From a virus (Duplodnaviria; Caudoviricetes): a stretch of 44,579 bases of DNA. The first letter of the stretch is position 1. Each line of letters begins with the position of its first letter. The stretch spans positions 1 to 44,579 of IMG/VR virus record IMGVR_UViG_3300017649_000200; one strand, given 5' to 3'. This document shows positions 1 through 8,718 of the stretch, piece after piece. The notes under the pieces were generated by a model. That model made no database searches. It was not told where the DNA came from and worked only from the letters and a program-made list of their open reading frames with translations. The translations under genes were made by a program, and so were the position numbers.

Positions 1-471
1 ATGAGCACCCTTGAACGAGCTATCGCGATTGCTGCCGAGGCGCATTCCGGTCAGGTGGATAAGGCCGGCGCTCCCTACATCCTGCACCCGCTCCGAGTGA
101 TGCAAAAGGCTTTCCGGGTTGACGAGCCCGATGTCGGGGTTGTCGCCGTCCTTCATGATGTCGTGGAAGATTGCCCGAGGTGGCCCATCGAGAGGCTGTC
201 CTGTGCGGGCTTCAGCCCTGCGGTCATCGAAGCCCTAGACGCCCTCACTCGGCGTAAGGGGGAAGCCTATCAGGACTTCGTGGCCCGCTGCGGCAAGAAC
301 CGGATCGCCACCATCGTGAAGCTGGCAGACCTAGAGGACAACATGGACCTTGGGCGGCTCACCATCATCACGCCGCGGGACGAGGCCCGGCAGGAACGCT
401 ATCGAAAGGCTCGCGCCGCCCTCACCTCTCCCCTTGCTCTGGATGGGAGGGCGGAAGCCCCGCCAGCCTGA
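1..471 (+). CDS. HD-domain RelA/SpoT-type small alarmone hydrolase-like protein
   Basis: AH.GQ.DK.G.PYI.HP, HDVVED and KLAD..DN motifs of the (p)ppGpp hydrolase HD domain; no synthetase domain. Confidence 0.8.
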   Translation: MSTLERAIAIAAEAHSGQVDKAGAPYILHPLRVMQKAFRVDEPDVGVVAVLHDVVEDCPRWPIERLSCAGFSPAVIEALDALTRRKGEAYQDFVARCGKNRIATIVKLADLEDNMDLGRLTIITPRDEARQERYRKARAALTSPLALDGRAEAPPA

Positions 472-599
472 GCCAGCGGGGCATGAGGTCCAAGTGATGT
501 GCCGCATCTCCTGGGAAGGGACGACATAGAGTCCGGCAGCTTGGCGGCAAGCCGTGATGGACGCTCAGAGGCAGTTGACGGGGGGCCCAGAATGCTGAT

Positions 600-932
600 C
601 TACCGCCCCCGCATCTGATCCAGCATCCGGCCGAGCAGGCTCTCGATCCTTTGATGGCTCTCCTTGATGGCCTTCAACTCGTAGAGGATTTCCGTGTCAT
701 GCTCCCGGTGATCCCGGGCAACGCGGTTTGCCTCCCGCAGCGTATCGGCCATGTGAGTGATCGCCGCATTGTCAGCGATGGCGAGGGATGGAACCACGAC
801 ATCCTTAGAGGGTGCCGGGGCGCTCTCCTTCCGCCTCCCGAACCATTGCCCGAAGGCTGCCACCACGCCGAGGAAGCCAAGCCCGAGGAATTGCAGGAAG
901 GCAATCGTGTTCGGGGAGGTGAAGTCGATCAT
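600..932 (-). CDS. Lysis-module membrane protein (one N-terminal TM helix plus coiled coil)
   Basis: ATG at 932 overlaps the upstream stop (ATGA); hydrophobic IAFLQFLGLGFLGVVAAFG. Confidence 0.6.
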   Translation of the reverse strand: MIDFTSPNTIAFLQFLGLGFLGVVAAFGQWFGRRKESAPAPSKDVVVPSLAIADNAAITHMADTLREANRVARDHREHDTEILYELKAIKESHQRIESLLGRMLDQMRGR

Positions 933-1405
933 GTGCCACGAGCCGCCTTGATGGCCCCAACATCGACCCACGCCCGGAGCAGGTTCCACGTCTCGAGCAG
1001 CATGAACCCGCTATACGCCCAGAACCCGGTCATGACGCCGCCGTTGTTGGCGACAGAGACCAGAATGCCGAGGGTGATCTGACCCCAGAAGATGCAGATC
1101 ACGAGCGAGGCCAGCCCCCGGAAGTGCGGCGAGTAGGGGAAGCGGGCCTTGAAGGTGCCGTTCACGGCAAGGGCCACCAGACGCAGGAAGGCGGCGCCGT
1201 AGCAGATCCACGACCATGTGGTTTCGTCCGCCCACCGGGCCATTTCAGCGAAGGAGGACGACTTGTCGAAGGTCAGGGGGTCCAGGGCCAAGGTCGACGC
1301 CCATCCCAGGAGCGGAACGAGCATGATCCATTCCGAGACCCGGACAGGGAAGTGCTCGGCAATCCCCTGCCCGACGCGAAGGACGATCCGGTGCGGCAAG
1401 ATCAA
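929..1405 (-). CDS. Multi-pass membrane protein, holin-like
   Basis: About 4 TM segments; TTG start at 1405 overlaps the HNH stop (TTGA) with a purine-rich RBS. Confidence 0.6.
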   Translation of the reverse strand: MILPHRIVLRVGQGIAEHFPVRVSEWIMLVPLLGWASTLALDPLTFDKSSSFAEMARWADETTWSWICYGAAFLRLVALAVNGTFKARFPYSPHFRGLASLVICIFWGQITLGILVSVANNGGVMTGFWAYSGFMLLETWNLLRAWVDVGAIKAARGT

Positions 1406-2232
1406 GCCCCCTTTCCAGCAACCTTCGGCAGGAGCGTCTCGGCAATCGCCCGCACGGAGTCGCCGCTGCGCTTCATGTGCGGCCATGTCGCCCCACGGCG
1501 GAGCGAGTACATTGCCCGCTTGGTGGTGCCGTATTCTTTAGCGAGCGCAATGGGGCTCTCTCCTGCCTCCATTCTTGTCAAGGCAGTGATTGCGTCCTGT
1601 TCCGTCATCGGATTTCTGCGCGGCTCTTGGATGGCATCGAACCCTTCTGGGCGTTTGACATGTTCCCAGGTAGTCCCTAGCCGAATGCGGGTGACTGTTG
1701 TCCTCCCCACCCCATAGACGGCCGCAATTGACGCTTCGTCCTCGCCGGCCATTAGCCTTGAGATGATGGCAATCACGTCCGTTTCAGTTATCCTAGACAT
1801 TCCATGACGGCTGCCCTTGTTGTGGGTGCCGTGCTCGGTGCGATCTGCTTGGTTTTCTTCTGGAGATGCCCAGCGAAGGTTCCCGGCGCGATTGTCGAAT
1901 GAGTACCCATTGTTATGGGCTGCCTGATGTCGCTCGGTTGGCGCTGGCCCATGGAATGCTTCGCAAACGATACGATTGACAAGGACGTTCTTCTTGATCC
2001 GCTTCTCTGCGTCATAGAGCGAAACGGCCTTATACTGCTTTATGAGCTTAGACCCGTCGCGCCTCTTGAATGGAGTTCGGAGAACCCATTGCGGCACGAT
2101 ATGCCCAGCAGGTAACGAGTTCTTCAAACGAGAATGCGGGACGCGGCGCCTGATAACGCCTTGGTCCGAAACTTCGTAATCAGGGAATGATTGAATCACG
2201 CGCCATTCTGCGCTTCTATTCTGCGTAGCCAT
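1402..2232 (-). CDS. NUMOD4-HNH homing endonuclease with C-terminal HTH repeats
   Basis: EWRVI..FPDYEVSDQG (NUMOD4); VNRIVCEAFHG...AAHNNG..DNRAGNLRW (HNH_3); GGAGG RBS before ATG 2232. Confidence 0.85.
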   Translation of the reverse strand: MATQNRSAEWRVIQSFPDYEVSDQGVIRRRVPHSRLKNSLPAGHIVPQWVLRTPFKRRDGSKLIKQYKAVSLYDAEKRIKKNVLVNRIVCEAFHGPAPTERHQAAHNNGYSFDNRAGNLRWASPEENQADRTEHGTHNKGSRHGMSRITETDVIAIISRLMAGEDEASIAAVYGVGRTTVTRIRLGTTWEHVKRPEGFDAIQEPRRNPMTEQDAITALTRMEAGESPIALAKEYGTTKRAMYSLRRGATWPHMKRSGDSVRAIAETLLPKVAGKGA

Positions 2233-2360
2233 GGGGCCTCCGACACAGGCTCTTTCGGTTAGGAGGGGGCGGCGTTCGCAGCGCCTCCCCTCTCCGTTTA
2301 ATATAGCGTCGCTTGCAGCGTCCCCAAATACAGATTGGGCTATCTTCCTGTGCAGCATGG

Positions 2361-2840
2361 TCATTTTGCCCCCATGATGCTCTTGATCGTGTGCCCGCCG
2401 CCATAGATCGCGAGCCAGAGGCCGGAGAACGCTAGCAAGTGCTCCCAAGGGATGATGGGGACCGGGATCCGAGATAGGATTTGGATCGTCCAGCCAATGC
2501 AGACATTCCAGAGCCACATGAAAATGAGGAGCCAGGAGAGTGCCGGCCGCCAGCCGGAGTGCCAGAAGCTCTTCTCGACTTCAGCCATCGCGAGCGCGGC
2601 TTGCGCCTGGTTCGCCTGAGTCATGTAGGCAATCTCTGCCCTCGCCTTTTCCACAAAGGCCTTGGCGAGTTCCGGATTTGCCTCGATCTGCTGCTGAGCC
2701 AGCTTTGGATCATCCGTCCCGAAGACGACCTTGGCGGCATCGGCCACCTTCCCGGCCGCCGTGCCAGCCTTCGCGCCGGCGAAGACGCCGATCAACTCGG
2801 GAGCATATTGGAGAAGCAGTCCAATGATGGGAGGCATCAT
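2361..2840 (-). CDS. Holin, GTA 3TM family-like
   Basis: SGWRPALSW motif followed by two TM helices; directly downstream of the endolysin. Confidence 0.7.
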   Translation of the reverse strand: MMPPIIGLLLQYAPELIGVFAGAKAGTAAGKVADAAKVVFGTDDPKLAQQQIEANPELAKAFVEKARAEIAYMTQANQAQAALAMAEVEKSFWHSGWRPALSWLLIFMWLWNVCIGWTIQILSRIPVPIIPWEHLLAFSGLWLAIYGGGHTIKSIMGAK

Positions 2841-3601
2841 GCTTTCCTTCCGAACAGGGCCTCAAGGAGGTTCTTGAGAGCGGCATAGAAAAACCCGCCT
2901 GAAGCGGCGGGCTGGGAAACGGGAACCGGAGGAGGTTCGATCTCAGGTGGTGGCGGGATCGGAACATCGGCAACAGGGGCTTGGGTTTGAGCCGCAGTGA
3001 GTGCCGCCAGGAACTTGCGGTAGTAGTCCGCTATCTCGCTCGCCCTGTCCGTGCCGTTGATGATCCGACGGGCGTTGTAGGGATCTTCGAGACCGGGGCG
3101 GAAGTAGTCAGAGAGTTTCTTGCCGGTGAACCAGCCCGCCGTCATGCCGGAATACATGATGACTGCCGCGATCCCTGGCTGCATGGCGAGGTCGGGGCTC
3201 GCGACCAGATCGAACCCGATCTCCTTTGACGCGCGGGCATAGTTCGCCTTGCCCGTTAGCTGGACATATCCCCTGCCCGCGAACCTGACGCCATCGCCAG
3301 GGGTCAGGTTGCCAAGCTCCCGCGCCTTCGCCGGCCGGCTCCCCTCGATGTCGTACATGCGCTTGTAGTAAGCCGCGCCGCCGAACTCCTTGATCGGCTG
3401 CATCGTCCGGGCTGTCTCATGGTAAGCGGTCGCGAGGCAGTAGGCCAGATGCTCCAACGGCATGTCGGCCGGCGCTGCATCGAGCAGGGCGTCGAGGCCC
3501 TCCACCTGGCTCTGGTTCAGGCGCCCGCCGAACAGGCTCGCCCGCACAGCCGCGAAGAAGGCGGCGCGATCAAGCGCCCGCCCGAAGGTGTCGGTGGTCA
3601 T
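2837..3601 (-). CDS. Endolysin, glycoside hydrolase family 19
   Basis: LATAYHET, GRGYVQLTGKANY and ARRIING motifs. Confidence 0.9.
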   Translation of the reverse strand: MTTDTFGRALDRAAFFAAVRASLFGGRLNQSQVEGLDALLDAAPADMPLEHLAYCLATAYHETARTMQPIKEFGGAAYYKRMYDIEGSRPAKARELGNLTPGDGVRFAGRGYVQLTGKANYARASKEIGFDLVASPDLAMQPGIAAVIMYSGMTAGWFTGKKLSDYFRPGLEDPYNARRIINGTDRASEIADYYRKFLAALTAAQTQAPVADVPIPPPPEIEPPPVPVSQPAASGGFFYAALKNLLEALFGRKA

Positions 3602-3687
3602 GGTGTCCTCGTGATTAGATAAAAAGTCCTTGTCGCCCCAAGCAACTTAGGGAACGATGCGCACCGCGAAAAAATGGAGGGGCAAGC

Positions 3688-4578
3688 GTGCCGACCAGCA
3701 GCCTAAGAACGATGATACTGAAGCACGGGTATCCTGATTTGGATCCCGATGGGCCGCTCCCGGACTACGTCGCCAGAGACGTTGAGCACCATTTGACCGG
3801 CCGTTTTGAGGATTTCGCCGCCAGGTACATCCCCTGGATGGAAAGCTTCCGACCCATTAAGGGGCTCCGCATCCTAGAGATTGGCGCTGGCACAGGCTCC
3901 TCAACGCTTGCAATGGCGCAACGCGGGGCGCATGTCGATGGCATCGACGTTGACCAGCAGGCCCTTGAGATTGCGCGGGAAAGGTTGGCGCGCCACCCTG
4001 ATACGTCAACAGACCTGTTCTACATGAACGGCACAGACATCGACACGCTCAGCGCCGAATATGACATGATCCTGTTCTTCGCGACCTTGGAACACATGAC
4101 GCACAGCGAGCGCAAAACCTCTCTCGCCAAGGCATGGGCCAAGCTGCGTAAGGGCGGCATATTGGGCGTCTTCGAGTGCCCTAACCGGCTCTGGTTCTTT
4201 GATCAGCATACAGCCCTAGCAAACTTCTTCCACTGGCTGCCTGACGAAGTTGCGAAAGACTACAGCCGCTTTACGGAGCGCCCCGTGTATAAGGATGCCT
4301 TCCTTGAAAGGCAGGACGACGACGAGGTGAGACTTGCTCGCTGGGGGCGCGGGGCAAGCTATCACGACATCGAAATCGCGCTGGGATGCAGAATTGGTGA
4401 CCTTAAAGTCCTGCCATCCCTAGAAGACTTCACCTCCGCTCGCGACCAGGGGCGAGCTGATTGGTGGCGCCTGTCGCGGGATGGCAGATTTCGTCAGCTC
4501 CTCCTTGAGATCGAGCCCACGCTCCCACTGGCATTTACCTATCCGTGGCTGGATCTGCTCATCGTGAAGGATAGCTAG
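3688..4578 (+). CDS. Class I SAM-dependent methyltransferase (moron)
   Basis: ILEIGAGTG motif I, GIDVD, YDMILFFATLEH; opposite strand to flanking genes; GGAGG RBS. Confidence 0.85.
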   Translation: MPTSSLRTMILKHGYPDLDPDGPLPDYVARDVEHHLTGRFEDFAARYIPWMESFRPIKGLRILEIGAGTGSSTLAMAQRGAHVDGIDVDQQALEIARERLARHPDTSTDLFYMNGTDIDTLSAEYDMILFFATLEHMTHSERKTSLAKAWAKLRKGGILGVFECPNRLWFFDQHTALANFFHWLPDEVAKDYSRFTERPVYKDAFLERQDDDEVRLARWGRGASYHDIEIALGCRIGDLKVLPSLEDFTSARDQGRADWWRLSRDGRFRQLLLEIEPTLPLAFTYPWLDLLIVKDS

Positions 4579-4594
4579 TCTCGGCAAGACCGGC

Positions 4595-6559
4595 TTATTG
4601 GATCTGGTAGCCCTCAAAGCGGCTTTGATCGGCAGACACATCCGCAGCCGACTCCGCATAGGCATAGACCGCGTAAACATCGGTCCCCGATGCCATGTCC
4701 ATCACGGAAACTGAGCGGTCCCCCCCTCCTGTGCCGGCATTCGATTGGAGCGCGATTTTGAGGGCTGTCCCGTTCTTATAGATCGCGATGCCGTAAGTGC
4801 CGTAGTTGCTCACAGGGGTAAACCGCAGCTGCGCCTCTATCCTGACCAACCCGCGCGGAGGGGTCCACTGATTGCCTGAGAAGCGCGAGCTGCCGTCCGT
4901 GAAGAAGCCGCCCCGGTCAAAACGTTTCGTCTCCCAAGTGACTAGCGTATATGCGGCCGCTGGGAGAGTCTGCGCTGCGCTTTTGACCGCTGCAAAGGCC
5001 GCGGGGCCGTTCTGGTCGTCAGGCGTGTTGCCCCGGATCAAGAGGTTTTCGTACTTGGTACCATCGGAACGCATATAGATTTTTGCTTGGCCGTGGAAGG
5101 TGTTGCCCTCAATCACACCCGAGAAGATCCCTGCACCGCCCGCAACCCCAAGATAGACGCCGCCCGGGCCACTGCTGCCCTGATCGTAAATCGAGTTCCC
5201 GCAGATCGTCAGGCCTTTGAAGTTCGATGTGGTGTTGTCAAGCGTGATTGAGTTAGCAACAGCCCCTTCGATCCAGTTGTTCTCGATGTGGAGGTTGTTG
5301 CAATCCATGACGCCAGTGCTGAAGGCGTTGATCTGATAGCGGCTATATTCAAAGTCGTTCTTGGTGATCCAGACGCCCGAGCAATCCTTGACGGTGATCG
5401 CCCGGCCGTCGGTCGGGGTGTCGTCGTAGCCCGCAAAACGGTTGCCCTCGATCAGAAAGGCGTTGGAGTTGTTCTGGATGATCAGCGCCGTCGCAGGCCC
5501 GCCAGAGAACCAACAACTTTTGACCCAAGCATTGGACCAGGCACTGTCGATCAAAAGGCTGCACGATGTCCCATAGTTGAACGCGCACTCCTCAAACCGC
5601 ACCGTGCGAAGGCCGACAGACCGAACGCACATCTCATGACCGGTGAACTTGAAAGTGATGCGCCGAACGATGACCCGGTAATAACCCTGGCTTGTCTCGG
5701 TCAGGTAGGTATTGCTGCCGATGAACAGGCCGTGCCGAACGCCGACCGCCAACCCGGACAGGTTGCCGGTAAACACCGTGTTCCCGTCGCCTTCGATCGT
5801 CAGGTTCTTGTTGATGGTGAGTCGCTGCGTAATCCGGTACGTGCCTGTCGGCACGGCCAGAACCCCGCCCCATTCCAGATCCACCGTGGAGTTCGGCATG
5901 TAGTCGATCGCCGCCTGGAGCGCCGCGTAATCGTCAGCCACTCCGTCGCCCTTGGCGCCGAACATTTTGACGTTCGGGCGGCTCTCGGCCAGTTCCCACC
6001 AAGCACCATCCGCTGACTGAAAGTGCCAAGCCTTCGGGACTGAAGGCGCGGCAATCTTTTTATAAAGCGCACCGCCGCCGTCACCTATGGCCGCATATCC
6101 TGCTGTGCGAATATACAAGGCCTCAGGTGGGATGATGGCCGCTGCCGCAGCCGTCTTCGTGTCGCGCAACGCCGTAGCAGCGCCTACCACGCCGTTAATC
6201 TGAGCCAGCGCACTTGCAAGGGCATCCTCGATTTCCCCCGGGATGCTCTTGAGCCGCGTCAGATATTCCGACACCCTGATCGCATAGACCTTCGGGTCCG
6301 TGTGCTTGACCCATCGCAGCATGAAGTAAGGAACATCCGTCAGGGTCGGGCCTGTCCAGGGTTTGGCCAGCCGGATCTGATTGACCGACAGCACTTCCTT
6401 GATGACGGTCATGCCGTCCGTGCCGTTATTGGGGAACACAAAGTCGAACGGCAGCACGGCCGGATCCCAGACGACCATGTCGCCAGTGGCGATGTCCGAC
6501 CCGTGGGTCAGAGTGATCGTGCCGTCCGAATAGAAGAAGTATGAAGGATCGAGGGCCAT
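4595..6559 (-). CDS. Tailspike / receptor-binding protein with pectate-lyase-like beta-helix and C1q-like C-terminus
   Basis: NVKMFGAKGDGVADDYAALQAAID, GDGGGALY, repeated I.GN beta-helix turns; GGAG RBS before ATG 6559. Confidence 0.85.
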   Translation of the reverse strand: MALDPSYFFYSDGTITLTHGSDIATGDMVVWDPAVLPFDFVFPNNGTDGMTVIKEVLSVNQIRLAKPWTGPTLTDVPYFMLRWVKHTDPKVYAIRVSEYLTRLKSIPGEIEDALASALAQINGVVGAATALRDTKTAAAAAIIPPEALYIRTAGYAAIGDGGGALYKKIAAPSVPKAWHFQSADGAWWELAESRPNVKMFGAKGDGVADDYAALQAAIDYMPNSTVDLEWGGVLAVPTGTYRITQRLTINKNLTIEGDGNTVFTGNLSGLAVGVRHGLFIGSNTYLTETSQGYYRVIVRRITFKFTGHEMCVRSVGLRTVRFEECAFNYGTSCSLLIDSAWSNAWVKSCWFSGGPATALIIQNNSNAFLIEGNRFAGYDDTPTDGRAITVKDCSGVWITKNDFEYSRYQINAFSTGVMDCNNLHIENNWIEGAVANSITLDNTTSNFKGLTICGNSIYDQGSSGPGGVYLGVAGGAGIFSGVIEGNTFHGQAKIYMRSDGTKYENLLIRGNTPDDQNGPAAFAAVKSAAQTLPAAAYTLVTWETKRFDRGGFFTDGSSRFSGNQWTPPRGLVRIEAQLRFTPVSNYGTYGIAIYKNGTALKIALQSNAGTGGGDRSVSVMDMASGTDVYAVYAYAESAADVSADQSRFEGYQIQ

Positions 6560-6620
6560 AGAAAAGCTCCCGGCCAAGCAGTGCTTGGTCGATGGTGGCG
6601 GGCGTGGATTGTGAGAGGGC

Positions 6621-6983
6621 TTAGCGAGCGTTCGGGAGGCTGATGCCGCGCTCGGTCAGGATGAGCAACACGTCGGCATGGTTCTTCGCAGCTCGGATGG
6701 CGGTCTTTACCTGGATGCGTTCGAGCTCAAGATCGACGGTTGCAGCGGCAGCGGCAATCACTGTATCGGCCTGCGCCTCGGGCGTGATGCCATGGATGCG
6801 GGCTTCCTCTTCGATCAGGCGGGACGGCTCACCGGCAAGAACCTTCTGGGCCTCGGCCCGCTTGAAGGCGTCCATGGAGGCCTGAGACGCAGGTCGCGCA
6901 CGGAGGGCACCTGCCCAACCATCAACCGCAGAAAGAGCGGCTTCCTTATAGGCGTCGAGGTCGGGAGCGACGAATATTTTCAT
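6621..6983 (-). CDS. Putative tail fibre assembly protein
   Basis: Position before the tailspike; ATGA coupling. Confidence 0.5.
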   Translation of the reverse strand: MKIFVAPDLDAYKEAALSAVDGWAGALRARPASQASMDAFKRAEAQKVLAGEPSRLIEEEARIHGITPEAQADTVIAAAAATVDLELERIQVKTAIRAAKNHADVLLILTERGISLPNAR

Positions 6984-7381
6984 GCGGAGACACTCACTCG
7001 GAAAAGCGCGTCGAGATATGGGAAGACGTCAATCTGGATTTCATAGTCGCCGGGCAGCGCGAACGTCAGTATGATGTCACGGCCAGTCGCCTCTGCCGTA
7101 TGGCGTGTCGATGGCCCGGTGATCGTCACCCGCGCCCCCTTCTTGACGCCCGACAGGGTTGCCGACTCCTCAATGGTAATCGCCGCCTTGTCCAGCACGA
7201 TGTCGGCATCGGGCCGCGGTACGATCACGCCGTCCTTGACATAGTATCGCTGCCCGTCGATCCCGAGACGAACGCCGCCCTGCCCGTGCTGTTTGAGCAA
7301 CTCGATATAGGCGTTCTCATCGCCAGCATGTTCATGAGCGCCGGTGATGCGCCCGGTTGAAAGGTCGTAGGATACAATCAT
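6980..7381 (-). CDS. Tail-associated hypothetical protein
   Basis: Closely packed ORF in the tail-tip operon. Confidence 0.6.
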   Translation of the reverse strand: MIVSYDLSTGRITGAHEHAGDENAYIELLKQHGQGGVRLGIDGQRYYVKDGVIVPRPDADIVLDKAAITIEESATLSGVKKGARVTITGPSTRHTAEATGRDIILTFALPGDYEIQIDVFPYLDALFRVSVSA

Positions 7382-7384
7382 GCG

Positions 7385-7798
7385 TTAACCCATTGCCCAG
7401 AGTCGGATCGTGGTAGTGGCGGTGCTGTTCAGGCGCTTGATGCGGTAGAAGACGCGGCTGATGGTGGCCGAGATCACGAAATATTCGCTGCTATTCACCC
7501 AGGACGTATTGGAATTGACGTCACTTAGGGTCGAGAGCGAATAGCCGTAAGGATAGAGAATGGTGCCGTTTGCTACGGCAACGCCAAAGCAGGCCGGCGC
7601 GACCGCATAATTGTGCCCGAGCCAAAAATCGCCTGCAACCTCGGTCGTCCCGACCGTGATCGTGGTCACGAAACTTTCGATCAGGCTTGACCGGTATTTC
7701 GAAGAAAACAGCACGCGCGGATCGAGATCGGCCGCCACATAGGCGTCGCCGCTCATCAGGCGCATCGCATCCCCGTTCTGGGCGAATTGCAGCAGCAT
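7385..7798 (-). CDS. Tail-tip hypothetical protein
   Basis: Beta-rich ORF in the tail operon. Confidence 0.6.
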   Translation of the reverse strand: MLLQFAQNGDAMRLMSGDAYVAADLDPRVLFSSKYRSSLIESFVTTITVGTTEVAGDFWLGHNYAVAPACFGVAVANGTILYPYGYSLSTLSDVNSNTSWVNSSEYFVISATISRVFYRIKRLNSTATTTIRLWAMG

Positions 7799-7801
7799 GG
7801 A

Positions 7802-8266
7802 TCAGCTCGTCAGCGGCTTACGATAGATCACATAGACGAGCCAGGCCGGGTACCATTCCGGCCCGTCGCCAAAGTAATTCAGTTCTGGCGCGGCGACCAT
7901 GACGCACTGGCTGCTGGTCATCGTGCAGGATTGGACCTTGCACATATTATAGAAGGTCGTCTGGTTGGTGCTGGGCGTCGTGCGGGTAAAGCCGGCATGG
8001 GCATAGGACATACCGTTACCCATGACAGGGTAGAGAAACAGGTCGGGCGTGCGGTCGAACGGGCCGTAATTGATCACGGCCTGAAACGGTCCTGGGAAGT
8101 TCGGGTTCGTGCCGATATTGGTAAAACCCACCTGTCCCGAGCCCAGGATCTGCCCGACGCGCTGCTCGGCACTCAGCACGAGGTCGCGGAGGATGGCCGA
8201 GCTCACATCAATGCCCGGTTTCGACACGCGGATCGTGTTGTCTGTGATCAGGACGCGGTTCGTCAT
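7802..8266 (-). CDS. Tail-tip hypothetical protein
   Basis: IRVSKPGIDV motif typical of small proteins downstream of J. Confidence 0.6.
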   Translation of the reverse strand: MTNRVLITDNTIRVSKPGIDVSSAILRDLVLSAEQRVGQILGSGQVGFTNIGTNPNFPGPFQAVINYGPFDRTPDLFLYPVMGNGMSYAHAGFTRTTPSTNQTTFYNMCKVQSCTMTSSQCVMVAAPELNYFGDGPEWYPAWLVYVIYRKPLTS

Positions 8267-8718
8267 CCAAGCACGCTCATGTTGAAAAGCACATAGCGGA
8301 ACACGGCATCAGCTGCGCCGCTATCGGTGTAGCCTCCAGGGGAACGCACGATCGTGAAGCCGCTGGATCCTTGGCTGCACAGCCAACGTGAGCGGTGTTC
8401 CTCCTGAACGGTGAACGGGCCGCCGCGGTAGATCTGCGTCAGAAACACGGCGGTCTCGTGCGTGTCGTAGCCCGTCGACAGAAGGCGGTTGAACTGCACA
8501 TACGGCAGGAACCCCGACACCACGCTCGGGTAGGGCACAAAAGCGCCGAGGGCGCACAGCCCCGATCCAACCACGCAGGCGACCTGCGGCCAATCGCTCG
8601 ACAGTGACAGCCCGTCGCGAGCGGTAGGGTTGTACGCTGCCACGTCCTGCCCGGGCAGCGCGATATAAATGCCGGTCCCGGCTGCCACTGGATGGCGCCC
8701 GATCACAACGCGAGGCAT
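8263..8718 (-). CDS. Tail-tip hypothetical protein
   Basis: GIYIALPGQDV motif; coupled to the J stop (TGATG). Confidence 0.6.
   Translation of the reverse strand: MPRVVIGRHPVAAGTGIYIALPGQDVAAYNPTARDGLSLSSDWPQVACVVGSGLCALGAFVPYPSVVSGFLPYVQFNRLLSTGYDTHETAVFLTQIYRGGPFTVQEEHRSRWLCSQGSSGFTIVRSPGGYTDSGAADAVFRYVLFNMSVLG

Noticed and set aside
472-599. Possible tRNA or att core in the gap after the HD gene
   Set aside because: No cloverleaf, T-loop or matching repeat at the other end of the window
2233-2517. N-terminal extension of the 371-aa HNH ORF
   Set aside because: Overlaps the holin and the leader hairpin; RBS and NUMOD4 begin at 2232
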